Assembly: GCA_902539195.1 (NCBI GenBank)
Contig: CACBHZ010000004.1
Span: 3,562 to 67,561 of the forward strand
Direction of reading: 5' to 3'
DNA: 64,000 nt
Source: an uncultured Pelagibacteraceae bacterium
GTDB lineage: Bacteria; Pseudomonadota; Alphaproteobacteria; Pelagibacterales; Pelagibacteraceae
Below, one piece after another: positions 17,902-27,300 of the stretch. The translations under genes and the position numbers were made by a program. A model generated the notes under the pieces. That model searched no databases. It was given only the letters and a program-made list of their open reading frames with translations, and was not told the DNA's origin. Position 1 is the stretch's first letter. Each line of letters opens with the position of its first letter.

Positions 17902-18891
17902 ATGAAAATCTTTAAAAGAATAATATTTTCTCTAATTTTCGTTTCTTTTGCCAGTGCAAGTTTGGCAGAAACAAAAATGAGAATTACACTTCAATTACCA
18001 TTAAAGGCTCACTTAGGTCAGAACCTTTTGGTATTTAAAAAAGAATTAGAATCAAGATCAGACATTAAAGTAGAGATTTACGACTCTGCACAACTTTACA
18101 AAGATAAAGAGGTTCCGCAGGCTGTAGGTTCAGGAGCGATCGAAGCTGGTGTTGCATCTATAACAAGATTTGCAGGAACTAATCCTGAGGTTGATGTTTT
18201 CTATCTTCCATTCTTATTTGATTCAGAACAAAAAGTAAGAAAAGCTACTCAAGCTGGATCTGAGATAAGAGCTATCCTTGATCCTGCAATAGCAAAGACT
18301 GGAGCAGTTCCACTTTATTATCAAGCTTATGGATCAGCAATAATGTTATCTAATGGTGGTCCGATGAAAACTCCGGCTGACTTTAAAGATAAAAAAATTA
18401 GAGTATTTGGAAAAACACTTGGAGCTTTTGTAAGTTCTTTAGGTGGTAAACCAGCATTAATATCTGGATCTGAGCAATATTTAGCTTACCAAAGAAATAC
18501 AGTTGATGCAGGTATGACTGGTGTATCTGGTGTAAAATCTAGAAAATTATATCAAGTAATGGATACTTTAACGGTTACAAATCATGGCGATATCGAATTC
18601 GTTGTTGTTGCTAATGATAAATGGCTAAGCTCATTAACTCAAAAACAAAGAGACGCTATAGCTGAAGCATCAAAAGTAGCTGAAAAAGCTGTTAGAGATG
18701 ACATGGCTAACATCGAGGCTGGCGCTTACAAAGAAGCAAAAGCAAATGGAATGAACATTGTAAACCTAAGTAGTTCTGAAGTTTCTGCTCTTAAAAAAGC
18801 ATCGTCATCTGTTATTGATGATTACATTTCTAGAACAGGTGGAGTTGGTGGAGTTGGTGATCAACTTGTAAAAGCTGCAAACAAACTTTAA
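17902..18891 (+). CDS. dctP: TRAP transporter solute-binding protein
   Basis: Signal peptide, YDSAQLY, LPFLF, KKIRV (conserved Arg); followed by small and large permeases. Confidence 0.92.
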   Translation: MKIFKRIIFSLIFVSFASASLAETKMRITLQLPLKAHLGQNLLVFKKELESRSDIKVEIYDSAQLYKDKEVPQAVGSGAIEAGVASITRFAGTNPEVDVFYLPFLFDSEQKVRKATQAGSEIRAILDPAIAKTGAVPLYYQAYGSAIMLSNGGPMKTPADFKDKKIRVFGKTLGAFVSSLGGKPALISGSEQYLAYQRNTVDAGMTGVSGVKSRKLYQVMDTLTVTNHGDIEFVVVANDKWLSSLTQKQRDAIAEASKVAEKAVRDDMANIEAGAYKEAKANGMNIVNLSSSEVSALKKASSSVIDDYISRTGGVGGVGDQLVKAANKL

Positions 18892-18902
18892 ATCATATAA
18901 AT

Positions 18903-18927
18903 ACCCCGCACTAAAGTGCGGGGTTTT
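18903..18927 (+). terminator. Stem-loop after dctP
   Basis: ACCCCGCAC-TAAA-GTGCGGGGT followed by TTT. Confidence 0.75.
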
Positions 18928-18930
18928 CAA

Positions 18931-19407
18931 ATGAATACCTACGACAAAATTGTAAAATATTCTGGCTATTTAGCATCAGCGTTATTTATCATGATAGGCT
19001 TTATAGTTTCTTATGAAGTTATCATGAGATACATATTTAATTCACCAACTATTTGGGTAAATGAAATTTCTCGATTTTTACAAATTTGGGCTACTTATTT
19101 AGCTTTAACTTATACTTTTCATAAAAATGATTTTATCAGAATAACAGTTATATATGACAAGGTAGGAGATAAAGGAAAAAAGATATTAGATTTAATAAGT
19201 GCAATATTCATTTTAATTTTTAGTGGATTTGTACTTTATTATGGATGGTTAATTGCTTACGACTCTCTTAAAGTTGGAAGAACAAGCTCTACAATTTTAG
19301 ATGTTCCATCCTTTCTTACAGAATTTGCGATACCATTATGTTTTGCATTTTTGGTATTAAGAGTGCTTTTCGAAGTACCTAAATATATCAAAGATATAAT
19401 TAAATGA
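18931..19407 (+). CDS. dctQ: TRAP small permease
   Basis: YEVIMRYIFNSPTIWVNE; start moved to ATG 18931 because GTG 18916 lies inside the hairpin. Confidence 0.9.
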   Translation: MNTYDKIVKYSGYLASALFIMIGFIVSYEVIMRYIFNSPTIWVNEISRFLQIWATYLALTYTFHKNDFIRITVIYDKVGDKGKKILDLISAIFILIFSGFVLYYGWLIAYDSLKVGRTSSTILDVPSFLTEFAIPLCFAFLVLRVLFEVPKYIKDIIK

Positions 19408-20675
19408 CTGTAGCAATAATCTTATTTTTGTTATTTTTTGTGCTTTTTTTGGGAGTGCCAATAGCATTTGGTTTAGGTTCTATAGGATTGGGTTTAATGT
19501 TATTTGGAGATATTTCTCCTTTAATGATCCCACAAACTTTTTACAGTGTGGCAGATAACTTTATTTTATTAGCTGTTCCGATGTTTTTGATGATGTCTAA
19601 TATATTATTAAAAGCAGGTGTTGGAGAAGATCTTTTTAATTTTGCTCAAAGCTGGGTTGGAAATTTTCCGGGCGGTTTAGCAATAGCAACTATAGTTTCT
19701 TGTAGTATTTTTGCTGCTATATCTGGATCATCAGTGGCTACTGCAGCAACAATCTCAACTGTAGCATTTCCTGCAATGATTAATAGAGGTTATCACAGAA
19801 ACTTTACTTTAGGTATTTTGGCAGCGGGTGGAACTTTAGGGATTTTAATTCCTCCATCAATTCCAATGATTGTTTATGCATTTGTTGTTGAAGAGTCTGT
19901 ACTAAGTATGTTTCTTGCAGGAATTGGGCCAGGAATAGTTTTAGCATTATTTTTTATTATCTTTTCAGTTTTTTACGTGAAATTTTTTAATAAAGAAGTT
20001 CAAAATGTATCCAGTACTTTAGAAGAAAAAATTAAATACACAAAAAGAGGTTTGCCAATATTATTAATGGCCTTCATCATGCTAGGTGGAATTTATGCTG
20101 GAATTTATACACCAACAGAAGCAGGTGGTATTGGTTTTTTAATATCATTTATTTATGTTGTGGCTAAAAAAAGATTAGATTTTAAAGGTTTTATCGAAGC
20201 TGGTTTGGAGACAATGAAAACTACAGTTACTATATTTATAATTATTGCAGGAGCTAAAGTTTTTGGTAAAGCAATTTCTCTTTATAGAATTCCTCAAGAT
20301 TTATCATCTTTCATAGTTACTAATATTAATGAGACTGGTTTATTTATACTTGTTGTTTGTATTACTTTATTAATCTTAGGATTTATAATGGAAACCCTTT
20401 CATTAATTTTAATCATGATGCCTATATTTTCGATTTCAATTGCTGCAATGAATATTGATTTAATTTGGTTTGGAATAATTTTTACGTTAATGATTGAGTG
20501 CGCATTAATTACACCACCCGTTGGACTAAATATTTATGTTCTCCAAGCAATTGGTAAAGCAAAAATGTCAGAAATAGCGAAAGGTGTGATACCTTTTGTC
20601 ATTATAATGTTATTTACAGTATTTGTTATTTACTTATTCCCTGACCTAGCATTATATATACCTTTTAAATTATAA
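19404..20675 (+). CDS. dctM: TRAP large permease
   Basis: AAISGSSVATAA, GGTLGILIPPS, TPTEA, ITPPVG. Confidence 0.95.
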   Translation: MTVAIILFLLFFVLFLGVPIAFGLGSIGLGLMLFGDISPLMIPQTFYSVADNFILLAVPMFLMMSNILLKAGVGEDLFNFAQSWVGNFPGGLAIATIVSCSIFAAISGSSVATAATISTVAFPAMINRGYHRNFTLGILAAGGTLGILIPPSIPMIVYAFVVEESVLSMFLAGIGPGIVLALFFIIFSVFYVKFFNKEVQNVSSTLEEKIKYTKRGLPILLMAFIMLGGIYAGIYTPTEAGGIGFLISFIYVVAKKRLDFKGFIEAGLETMKTTVTIFIIIAGAKVFGKAISLYRIPQDLSSFIVTNINETGLFILVVCITLLILGFIMETLSLILIMMPIFSISIAAMNIDLIWFGIIFTLMIECALITPPVGLNIYVLQAIGKAKMSEIAKGVIPFVIIMLFTVFVIYLFPDLALYIPFKL

Positions 20676-20677
20676 AT

Positions 20678-21553
20678 ATGTTTTCAAAAATAAAATCAAA
20701 AGACAAAGCAGAACAATTAAGACAACTATTAAATGGACCAGAAATAATTGTAATGCCTGGATGCTTTGATGCATTATCAGCAAAATTAATTGAAAGAGAA
20801 GGTTTGAAAGTTGGATTTATGTCTGGCTTCAGTGTTTCATCTACAAAACTTGGTATGCCGGACACAGGTTTAATCTCTTTTTCTGAAATGGCAGAACAAG
20901 TAAGAAATATATGCAATGCTACATCAATTCCAATAATATTTGATGGGGATACTGGATATGGAAATTCAGTGAACGTATTTAGAACTGTAAGAGGATATGC
21001 GGATGCAGGAGCAGCTGGTGTGATGATTGAAGACCAAAAGTGGCCAAAAAAATGTGGTCACACAAAGGGTAAAGATGTGGTCGATCTTGATGAGGCAAAC
21101 TCAAGAATTAAAGCTGCGGTGGATGCAAGAGAATATGGTAATAAAGATATCTTAATAATGGCAAGAACTGATGCCATAGCAACTAGAGGATTAGATGATG
21201 CAATTAAAAGAATGCAATCTTTTTCAAAACTTGGTGTTGATATTTTATTTATTGAAGCTGTTAAAAATAAAGAGGATATGAAAAGAATTATTAAAGAAGT
21301 TCCAGGTCACCATATGTTAAATTTGATCGAAGATGGTGAAACCCCATTATTAGAAATTAATGAAATAGAGAAAATTGGATATAAAATTGCTGTAATGCCT
21401 TTAACCTTAATGAGTGCGTCAGTGAAAACGATGCAAGAATGTTTGAATAATATGAAAAATAAAGTTTATAATAAAAATGTTTCTAAATTTTCAGACTTAA
21501 GAGATATAGTTGGCTTCAACGAATATTACGATATTGAAGACAAATATAAATAA
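20678..21553 (+). CDS. Isocitrate lyase/PEP mutase superfamily lyase (2,3-dimethylmalate lyase / methylisocitrate lyase / oxaloacetate hydrolase-like)
   Basis: DGDTGYG, IEDQKWPKKCGH catalytic loop, ARTDA. Confidence 0.88.
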   Translation: MFSKIKSKDKAEQLRQLLNGPEIIVMPGCFDALSAKLIEREGLKVGFMSGFSVSSTKLGMPDTGLISFSEMAEQVRNICNATSIPIIFDGDTGYGNSVNVFRTVRGYADAGAAGVMIEDQKWPKKCGHTKGKDVVDLDEANSRIKAAVDAREYGNKDILIMARTDAIATRGLDDAIKRMQSFSKLGVDILFIEAVKNKEDMKRIIKEVPGHHMLNLIEDGETPLLEINEIEKIGYKIAVMPLTLMSASVKTMQECLNNMKNKVYNKNVSKFSDLRDIVGFNEYYDIEDKYK

Positions 21554-21774
21554 TGTTTCCAAAAAAATTTTCTAAAATTCTTTTCGTTTTTTTTATGGGT
21601 TTAGGAATGAGTTTGTTAATGACCCTAATTATTACATTTATAAATACAGGTTATGATGAATTTTATTACAAGAGATTTTTCAAAGCTTGGTCTATTAGTT
21701 TGCCAGTTGCATTAGTTGCAACGACTTTTGTTGCACCATTGGTTAATAAATTAGTGGAAAAAATTACTAAATAG
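21553..21774 (+). CDS. DUF2798 family small membrane protein
   Basis: FFMGLGMSLLMT...FKAW.ISLPVA...VAPLV.KLV. Confidence 0.75.
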   Translation: MFPKKFSKILFVFFMGLGMSLLMTLIITFINTGYDEFYYKRFFKAWSISLPVALVATTFVAPLVNKLVEKITK

Positions 21775-21786
21775 AGAGGATGTCAT

Positions 21787-22701
21787 ATGAGTGAAAATAT
21801 AGCTTTTATAGGAGTTGGTAATATGGGAAACCCAATGGCCTGTAATTTAAAGAACGCAGGGAAAAAGGTTAAGGTTTTTGATGTTTCTAAAGAAATGATT
21901 GATAAAGCAGTTGAAAATAATCTTGATGTTGAGAAGGATTTTGGAAAACTAATCAATAGTGAAACGTCTGTAGTAATCACTATGTTACCCGAGGGAAAAC
22001 ATTCAAAAGAAGTTTATTTAAAAGAAAATGGTGTTCTAGATAAAGTTTCTAAAAATTGTCTACTAATAGATTGCTCAACAATCGATATAGATACCTCTAA
22101 AGAAATAGGAAAGAAAGCAAATGAAAAAGGTATTAAGATGATTGATGCACCAGTAAGTGGTGGAGTGATGGGTGCACAAAAAGCAACTTTAAATATTATG
22201 GTCGGTGGATCAAATGATGCATTTAATCAAGCTTTACCTATTTTAAAATTAATGGGAAAAAACATATATCATGCTGGAGAGATAGGAAGTGGAAACGGTG
22301 CAAAGATTTGTAACAATATGTCTCTTGGAATAACAATGATTGCTGCTTCAGAGTCATTAATGTTAGCAAGAAGATTGAATATAGATATCAAGAAAGTTCA
22401 TGAAATTATGAAAAATGCTTCCGGAAATAGTTGGCCTATTTCAGTTTATCCACCTTTACCTGGATTAATTGAAGGAACTCCATCTAACAATAAATATAAG
22501 CCAGGCTTTTCTGCAGGTATGATGAACAAAGATTTAAAACTTGCAAATGAATGTGCTAAAAATGCAAATGCATCTACTCCATTAGGAGAGATGGCATTAG
22601 AAATATATTCAAAGTTTTGTGAGGATGGAAACAGTTCGAAAGATTTTTCTGCTATATCAAAGGTAATTGGTGGAGATGCTTGGGATTATCCAATAGAATA
22701 A
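21787..22701 (+). CDS. mmsB: 3-hydroxyisobutyrate dehydrogenase
   Basis: FIGVGNMG.PMA, ITMLP, DAPVSGG, AKICNNM, Y.P.PG, PGFSA.MM.KDL. Confidence 0.88.
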   Translation: MSENIAFIGVGNMGNPMACNLKNAGKKVKVFDVSKEMIDKAVENNLDVEKDFGKLINSETSVVITMLPEGKHSKEVYLKENGVLDKVSKNCLLIDCSTIDIDTSKEIGKKANEKGIKMIDAPVSGGVMGAQKATLNIMVGGSNDAFNQALPILKLMGKNIYHAGEIGSGNGAKICNNMSLGITMIAASESLMLARRLNIDIKKVHEIMKNASGNSWPISVYPPLPGLIEGTPSNNKYKPGFSAGMMNKDLKLANECAKNANASTPLGEMALEIYSKFCEDGNSSKDFSAISKVIGGDAWDYPIE

Positions 22702-23262
22702 TTACCAAGAGGAATTTGGACTCTCCAAAAATTTTAACTCATCTGGTGTAGATTTTCTCCCCATAACTTTATTTCGATGAGGATATCTATGAAATCGTTT
22801 AATTGCAGCGGTATGATCTTTCCAAAATTTTTTTATCTCATTATAGTTTGGATGATTAGATAAATAGTTATCCAACAATTTATATGCTCTATCATGATCT
22901 ATAACTTCTTCACTGTGAATGTATGGCAATAGCATGAAAAAACGTTGATATTCATCCATTTGATCAAGATACCCGTTATAGACCGCATCATTTACAATCA
23001 GTCTTGCTTTATGATCAAACTCAAAAGCTTTTTTATCATCTCTATATAAGTTTCTTGAAAATTGATCCAATAAAATAACTAAAGCTAGAGTGCTTAATGG
23101 TTCATCTTGCCAATCATCATATTCATTTAAAGTAGCTTTTTCATGATCATCTTTGAATTTGTCTCTAATCAATTGATCAAAATTATCATCTCTTTTAAAT
23201 CGCTTTTCAAAGACCATATCATCAAACCAAAAATCTAATATTGCTTTGGCTCTATCATTCAT
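22702..23262 (-). CDS. DUF924 family protein
   Basis: ILDFWF, LLDQFSRN, LPYIHSE, RYPHRN..GR.ST. Confidence 0.9.
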   Translation of the reverse strand: MNDRAKAILDFWFDDMVFEKRFKRDDNFDQLIRDKFKDDHEKATLNEYDDWQDEPLSTLALVILLDQFSRNLYRDDKKAFEFDHKARLIVNDAVYNGYLDQMDEYQRFFMLLPYIHSEEVIDHDRAYKLLDNYLSNHPNYNEIKKFWKDHTAAIKRFHRYPHRNKVMGRKSTPDELKFLESPNSSW

Positions 23263-23647
23263 AAACTTTGTCAACTTTTACCTGATATGATTCAACAAGT
23301 CTGTTAGTTTCATTTGCCATTGCAACAACTGCAATAAGTTCGCTTAACATCTCTGTTGTAGCACCTTTAGATTTAGCAGCGATACTGTGAGATTTAATAC
23401 AATACTCACAACTATTTGTCATTGAAACTGCAACATAAATAAGCTCTTTTGTCATTTCATCCAAAGCACCTTTTTTCATCACTTGCTGTATAGAAGTCCA
23501 AGTTCTCTCTAAAGTTTCTGGGTTGTTGGCTAACATTTTCCAAAAATTGTTTATGTAGTCTGTATTTCTCTTCTTTTTTATATCTTCAAATACCTCTTTC
23601 ACTTTTCCTGTAGCATCAGCTTCTTCAATCATATTAAAAACTGCCAT
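23255..23647 (-). CDS. Carboxymuconolactone decarboxylase / AhpD family protein
   Basis: KELIYVAVSMTNSCEYCIKSH motif. Confidence 0.9.
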   Translation of the reverse strand: MAVFNMIEEADATGKVKEVFEDIKKKRNTDYINNFWKMLANNPETLERTWTSIQQVMKKGALDEMTKELIYVAVSMTNSCEYCIKSHSIAAKSKGATTEMLSELIAVVAMANETNRLVESYQVKVDKVYE

Positions 23648-23656
23648 TTCACCTCC

Positions 23657-25339
23657 TTAATTGTAAATTGTTTCTATTTTAGGCATTAATCTTAATAATT
23701 CCTTAGTATATTCATGATTTGGATTTTTAAACAACTCTTCCGTCTCAGACACCTCGCATAGTTTTCCATTCCTTAAAACTCCAATATCATCACACATTTG
23801 TCGAACAACTGGTAGATCATGACTTATAAAAAGGATAGTTAAATTAAGTTGTTCTTGTAAATCTTTAAGTAAATTTAGTATTTGAGCCTGAATACTCACA
23901 TCCAAAGCAGATGTTGGCTCATCACAAACTAATAATCTTGGTTTTGTTGCTAATGCTCTTGCAATAGAAATTCTTTGTCTCTGTCCTCCTGAAAACTCAT
24001 GAGGATATCTTTCGGCTGAAGACTTGGATAACTCCACAGAGTCTAAGAGATCATTTATATACTCATTTAATTCGTTAGAGCTAATATTTGCATCATGTAA
24101 CTTTATAGGTTCAGCAATGATATCTTTAACCTTAAGCCTACCATTCAACGAAGAGTACGGATCTTGGAATATCATTTGAATTTGTTTTCTAAATTTAAGT
24201 AATTCTTTGTTACTTTTTATATTATTAATACATACATCATCAAAATAAATTTCACCTGAGGTGGGTTTAAATAAATTAACAATCATTTTTGCAATTGTAG
24301 TTTTTCCACTGCCACTTTCACCAACAAGTCCAAAAGATTTTCCCTCTTGTATATTAAATGAAACAGTATCAACTGCTAATACATTATTTTGAGATTTTTC
24401 TGTAAAAAAACCTTCATTAAAAGTTTTACAGAGATTTTTTATTTGAACTAAATCTTTTTTTAAAATCTCTCTTTTATTCCATCTGTTTAAAATTTTTAAA
24501 TTAATGTTTTCCTGGTTATTGCTTTCTTTCTCTATAATTTTAAATCTGGATATTTTTTTATTTGTTGGAGGAACAGAACTAACTAAACTTTTCGTATAAG
24601 TTTCTTTTGGTTCTGTTAATATTTGCTTTGTTGTTCCCAATTCTACCAAATTACCATTTTTCATGACAGCAACTCTATTGGTAGTCTCTGCTATAACTCC
24701 CATATCATGTGTAATTAATATAACTGCTAAGTTTCTCTCTTTAGTTAGTTTTTTGATAAGTTCTAATATTTGTGATTGTATTGATACATCAAGTGCAGTT
24801 GTGGGCTCATCTGCAATTAACAACTCTGGTTCACAACATAAAGAAAGTGATATAACAACCCTTTGTCTCATACCTCCTGAAAATTGATGAGGATAATCAT
24901 TAAATCTTTTTTCAGCATCTTTTATGCCTACTTCTTTTAAAAGATTTATTGCTTTTTCTTTTGCTTTTGAGTTACTGAGATTTAAATGAGTTTGGATTGT
25001 TTCAATAAGTTGTTGTCCAATTGTTAAGATAGGATTTAAAGATGTCTGAGGATCTTGAAAAATAAATCCAATTTTTTTTCCTCTTAAACTTAGAATATTT
25101 TTTTTATTTTCATGAATATTTATGTCGCTTAAATAAATTGATCCATCAGATACTTTCCCTGGTTCGTCAATTAAATCAATTATTGCATTTGCTACAGTAC
25201 TTTTTCCAGACCCAGATTCCCCAACTAATCCTACAATTTCTCCTCTTTTTATCTCAATATTAATATCTTTTGCAGCATGAACTGTCTCTTTTCTCAATTT
25301 ATAATCTACACTTAAATTTTGTATTTTTAAAAAACTCAT
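23657..25339 (-). CDS. Peptide/nickel ABC transporter ATPase, fused double domain (DppD-F like)
   Basis: Two Walker A motifs (VGESGSGKS, VGESGSGKT), two signature motifs and two DEPT Walker B motifs. Confidence 0.95.
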   Translation of the reverse strand: MSFLKIQNLSVDYKLRKETVHAAKDINIEIKRGEIVGLVGESGSGKSTVANAIIDLIDEPGKVSDGSIYLSDINIHENKKNILSLRGKKIGFIFQDPQTSLNPILTIGQQLIETIQTHLNLSNSKAKEKAINLLKEVGIKDAEKRFNDYPHQFSGGMRQRVVISLSLCCEPELLIADEPTTALDVSIQSQILELIKKLTKERNLAVILITHDMGVIAETTNRVAVMKNGNLVELGTTKQILTEPKETYTKSLVSSVPPTNKKISRFKIIEKESNNQENINLKILNRWNKREILKKDLVQIKNLCKTFNEGFFTEKSQNNVLAVDTVSFNIQEGKSFGLVGESGSGKTTIAKMIVNLFKPTSGEIYFDDVCINNIKSNKELLKFRKQIQMIFQDPYSSLNGRLKVKDIIAEPIKLHDANISSNELNEYINDLLDSVELSKSSAERYPHEFSGGQRQRISIARALATKPRLLVCDEPTSALDVSIQAQILNLLKDLQEQLNLTILFISHDLPVVRQMCDDIGVLRNGKLCEVSETEELFKNPNHEYTKELLRLMPKIETIYN

Positions 25340-26265
25340 TTTTTCAATTTAGGATTAAGAGTGTCTCTCATCCAGTCTCCTAATAGATTAATGGAAAAAG
25401 CCAAAACAACTAAGAATATTGCTGGAAAAAAAGTTATCCACCATTCACCAGAAAATAAAAAGTCATTTCCAAGTCTTATTAATGTTCCTAAAGAAGGAGT
25501 AGTTGGAGGAACGCCAACACCTAGAAAACTCAATGTGGCTTCTGCAATTATTGCTAATGCAAGACCTATAGTTCCTATAACAAGTACTGGTCTCATAATA
25601 TTTGGAAGAATATGTTTAAACATTACTATAAAATTAGAAACTCCAATAATTGTTGATGCTGAGACATAATCTTTATTTTTTTCAACTAAAGTTGCTGCTC
25701 TTGATACTCTTGCAAACTGTGGCCACTCTGAAATACCAATTGCAAAAATTAAAACATATATTGCCATCTCGTCATGAAGTTCACGCGAAATTATACCTCT
25801 CGCAATACCATCAACAAGAAGTGCCATCAAAATACTTGGAACTGTTAACTGAACATCAGTTAATCTCATAACAATCATTTCATACTTACCACCAAAAAAA
25901 CCAGCAGTAAGACCTAATCCAACTCCTAAAATTAAACTAAATAAAATTGCTGAGAAACCAACAATCAAAGATATTCTAGATCCATAAAGAATAGTCGATA
26001 ACATATCTCTTCCTTGTCCATCAGTACCAAGTAAAAATTCTACTTTTCCTTCGCTAGTCCAAGATGGTGGGGTGAATGCATCCATTAAAGATAAAGAAGA
26101 TGGGTCGAATGGATTGTAAGGTGTAATAAATTCTACAAAAAATGAACAGAAAAATATTATTGCTAATAAAATTGATGAAACTATTGCTGTAGGAGATTTT
26201 ATAAAACTAAAATAAATTTCACTATCTTTTATTTTATCCCAAGTTGTTAGAGCTTTATTATCCAC
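25336..26265 (-). CDS. Peptide ABC permease (DppC-like)
   Basis: LGTDGQGRD, HILPN, EATLSFLGVG, NLLGDWMRD; GTG start. Confidence 0.93.
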   Translation of the reverse strand: MDNKALTTWDKIKDSEIYFSFIKSPTAIVSSILLAIIFFCSFFVEFITPYNPFDPSSLSLMDAFTPPSWTSEGKVEFLLGTDGQGRDMLSTILYGSRISLIVGFSAILFSLILGVGLGLTAGFFGGKYEMIVMRLTDVQLTVPSILMALLVDGIARGIISRELHDEMAIYVLIFAIGISEWPQFARVSRAATLVEKNKDYVSASTIIGVSNFIVMFKHILPNIMRPVLVIGTIGLALAIIAEATLSFLGVGVPPTTPSLGTLIRLGNDFLFSGEWWITFFPAIFLVVLAFSINLLGDWMRDTLNPKLKK

Positions 26266-27241
26266 TAGCTGAATCTCCTTTAACTCTAATTCTTGGATCT
26301 ATAAAGTAATACAAGATATCGACTATAAAATTTATCATTACAAAAACGAATGCTATAAATACTAAATATGCTGACATAATTGGAATATCTACAAACTGAA
26401 CAGCTTGAATAAAAAGAAATCCCATACCTGGCCATTGAAATACTGTTTCCGTAATTATTGAAAAAGCAATTAATGTTCCAATATTTATTCCAGCAATAGT
26501 TATTACTGGAATTAGTCCATTTTTAAGTGCGTGCTTATAATTAATGCTTTTTTCATTAATGCCTCTAGCTCTTGCAAACTTTATGTAATCAGTCTGAAGT
26601 ATTTCCATCATTTCAGCTCTGACGAGTCTTATTATATATGTCATTTGAAAAAGACTTAAAGTAACTGATGGTAATATAATTGCTTTTAAACCTGATATGG
26701 TTAAAAAGCCTGTCGACCAAAATCCTAGATCTACCACCTCACCTCTTCCAAACGATGGTAGAACACCTAGTATAACTGCAAAAAGATAAATAAATAAAAT
26801 ACCAATTACAAAAGTTGGAAGAGAAACACCTAATAAAGAAACTGCTAAGATAAAATCACTCAAAAAACCTTTTCTTTTTATGCCTGTATATACTCCCAAT
26901 AAAGTACCAGAAACCAATGCAATTAGAGCAGATATTAAAACTAATTCAATTGTTGCAGGTAATCTTTCAATGATTAATTCTGATACAGGTCTTCTTAATT
27001 GATATGATATTCCAAATTCTCCTTTAGAGGCATTAATTATAAACCTAGTAAATTGTACATGAATTGGGTCCATTAAACCCAAGGTTTCTCTTAACTCAGC
27101 TCTTTCTTCATCTGATGTTTCCTCACCCACCATGTTATTTATTGGGTCTCCTACAAAATTAAAAAGAGAAAAAGATACAAAAGCTACGACAAGCATAACC
27201 ATTGCAGATTGAAACAATCGTTTAAAAAAATACTTTATCAA
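26258..27241 (-). CDS. Peptide ABC permease (DppB-like)
   Basis: RLPATIEL, DYIKFARARG, ITETVFQWPGMG, IDPRIR; TTG start. Confidence 0.93.
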   Translation of the reverse strand: MIKYFFKRLFQSAMVMLVVAFVSFSLFNFVGDPINNMVGEETSDEERAELRETLGLMDPIHVQFTRFIINASKGEFGISYQLRRPVSELIIERLPATIELVLISALIALVSGTLLGVYTGIKRKGFLSDFILAVSLLGVSLPTFVIGILFIYLFAVILGVLPSFGRGEVVDLGFWSTGFLTISGLKAIILPSVTLSLFQMTYIIRLVRAEMMEILQTDYIKFARARGINEKSINYKHALKNGLIPVITIAGINIGTLIAFSIITETVFQWPGMGFLFIQAVQFVDIPIMSAYLVFIAFVFVMINFIVDILYYFIDPRIRVKGDSASG

Positions 27242-27261
27242 TTTATGAAATTTTATTTTTA

Positions 27262-27291
27262 TACAAGCCCTTTAATTAAAAAGGGCTTGTA
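27262..27291 (-). terminator. Stem-loop after the peptide SBP gene
   Basis: TACAAGCCCTTT-N6-AAAGGGCTTGTA, 12-bp inverted repeat. Confidence 0.75.
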
Positions 27292-27300
27292 ATAAATTAT

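Noticed and set aside
18838-18858. GGTGGAGTT tandem repeat in dctP
   Set aside because: Only about two copies, encoding GGVGGVG in frame; too short to call a repeat element.
18916-18930. GTG start for dctQ
   Set aside because: It lies in the 3' arm of the post-dctP hairpin; ATG 18931 is more plausible.
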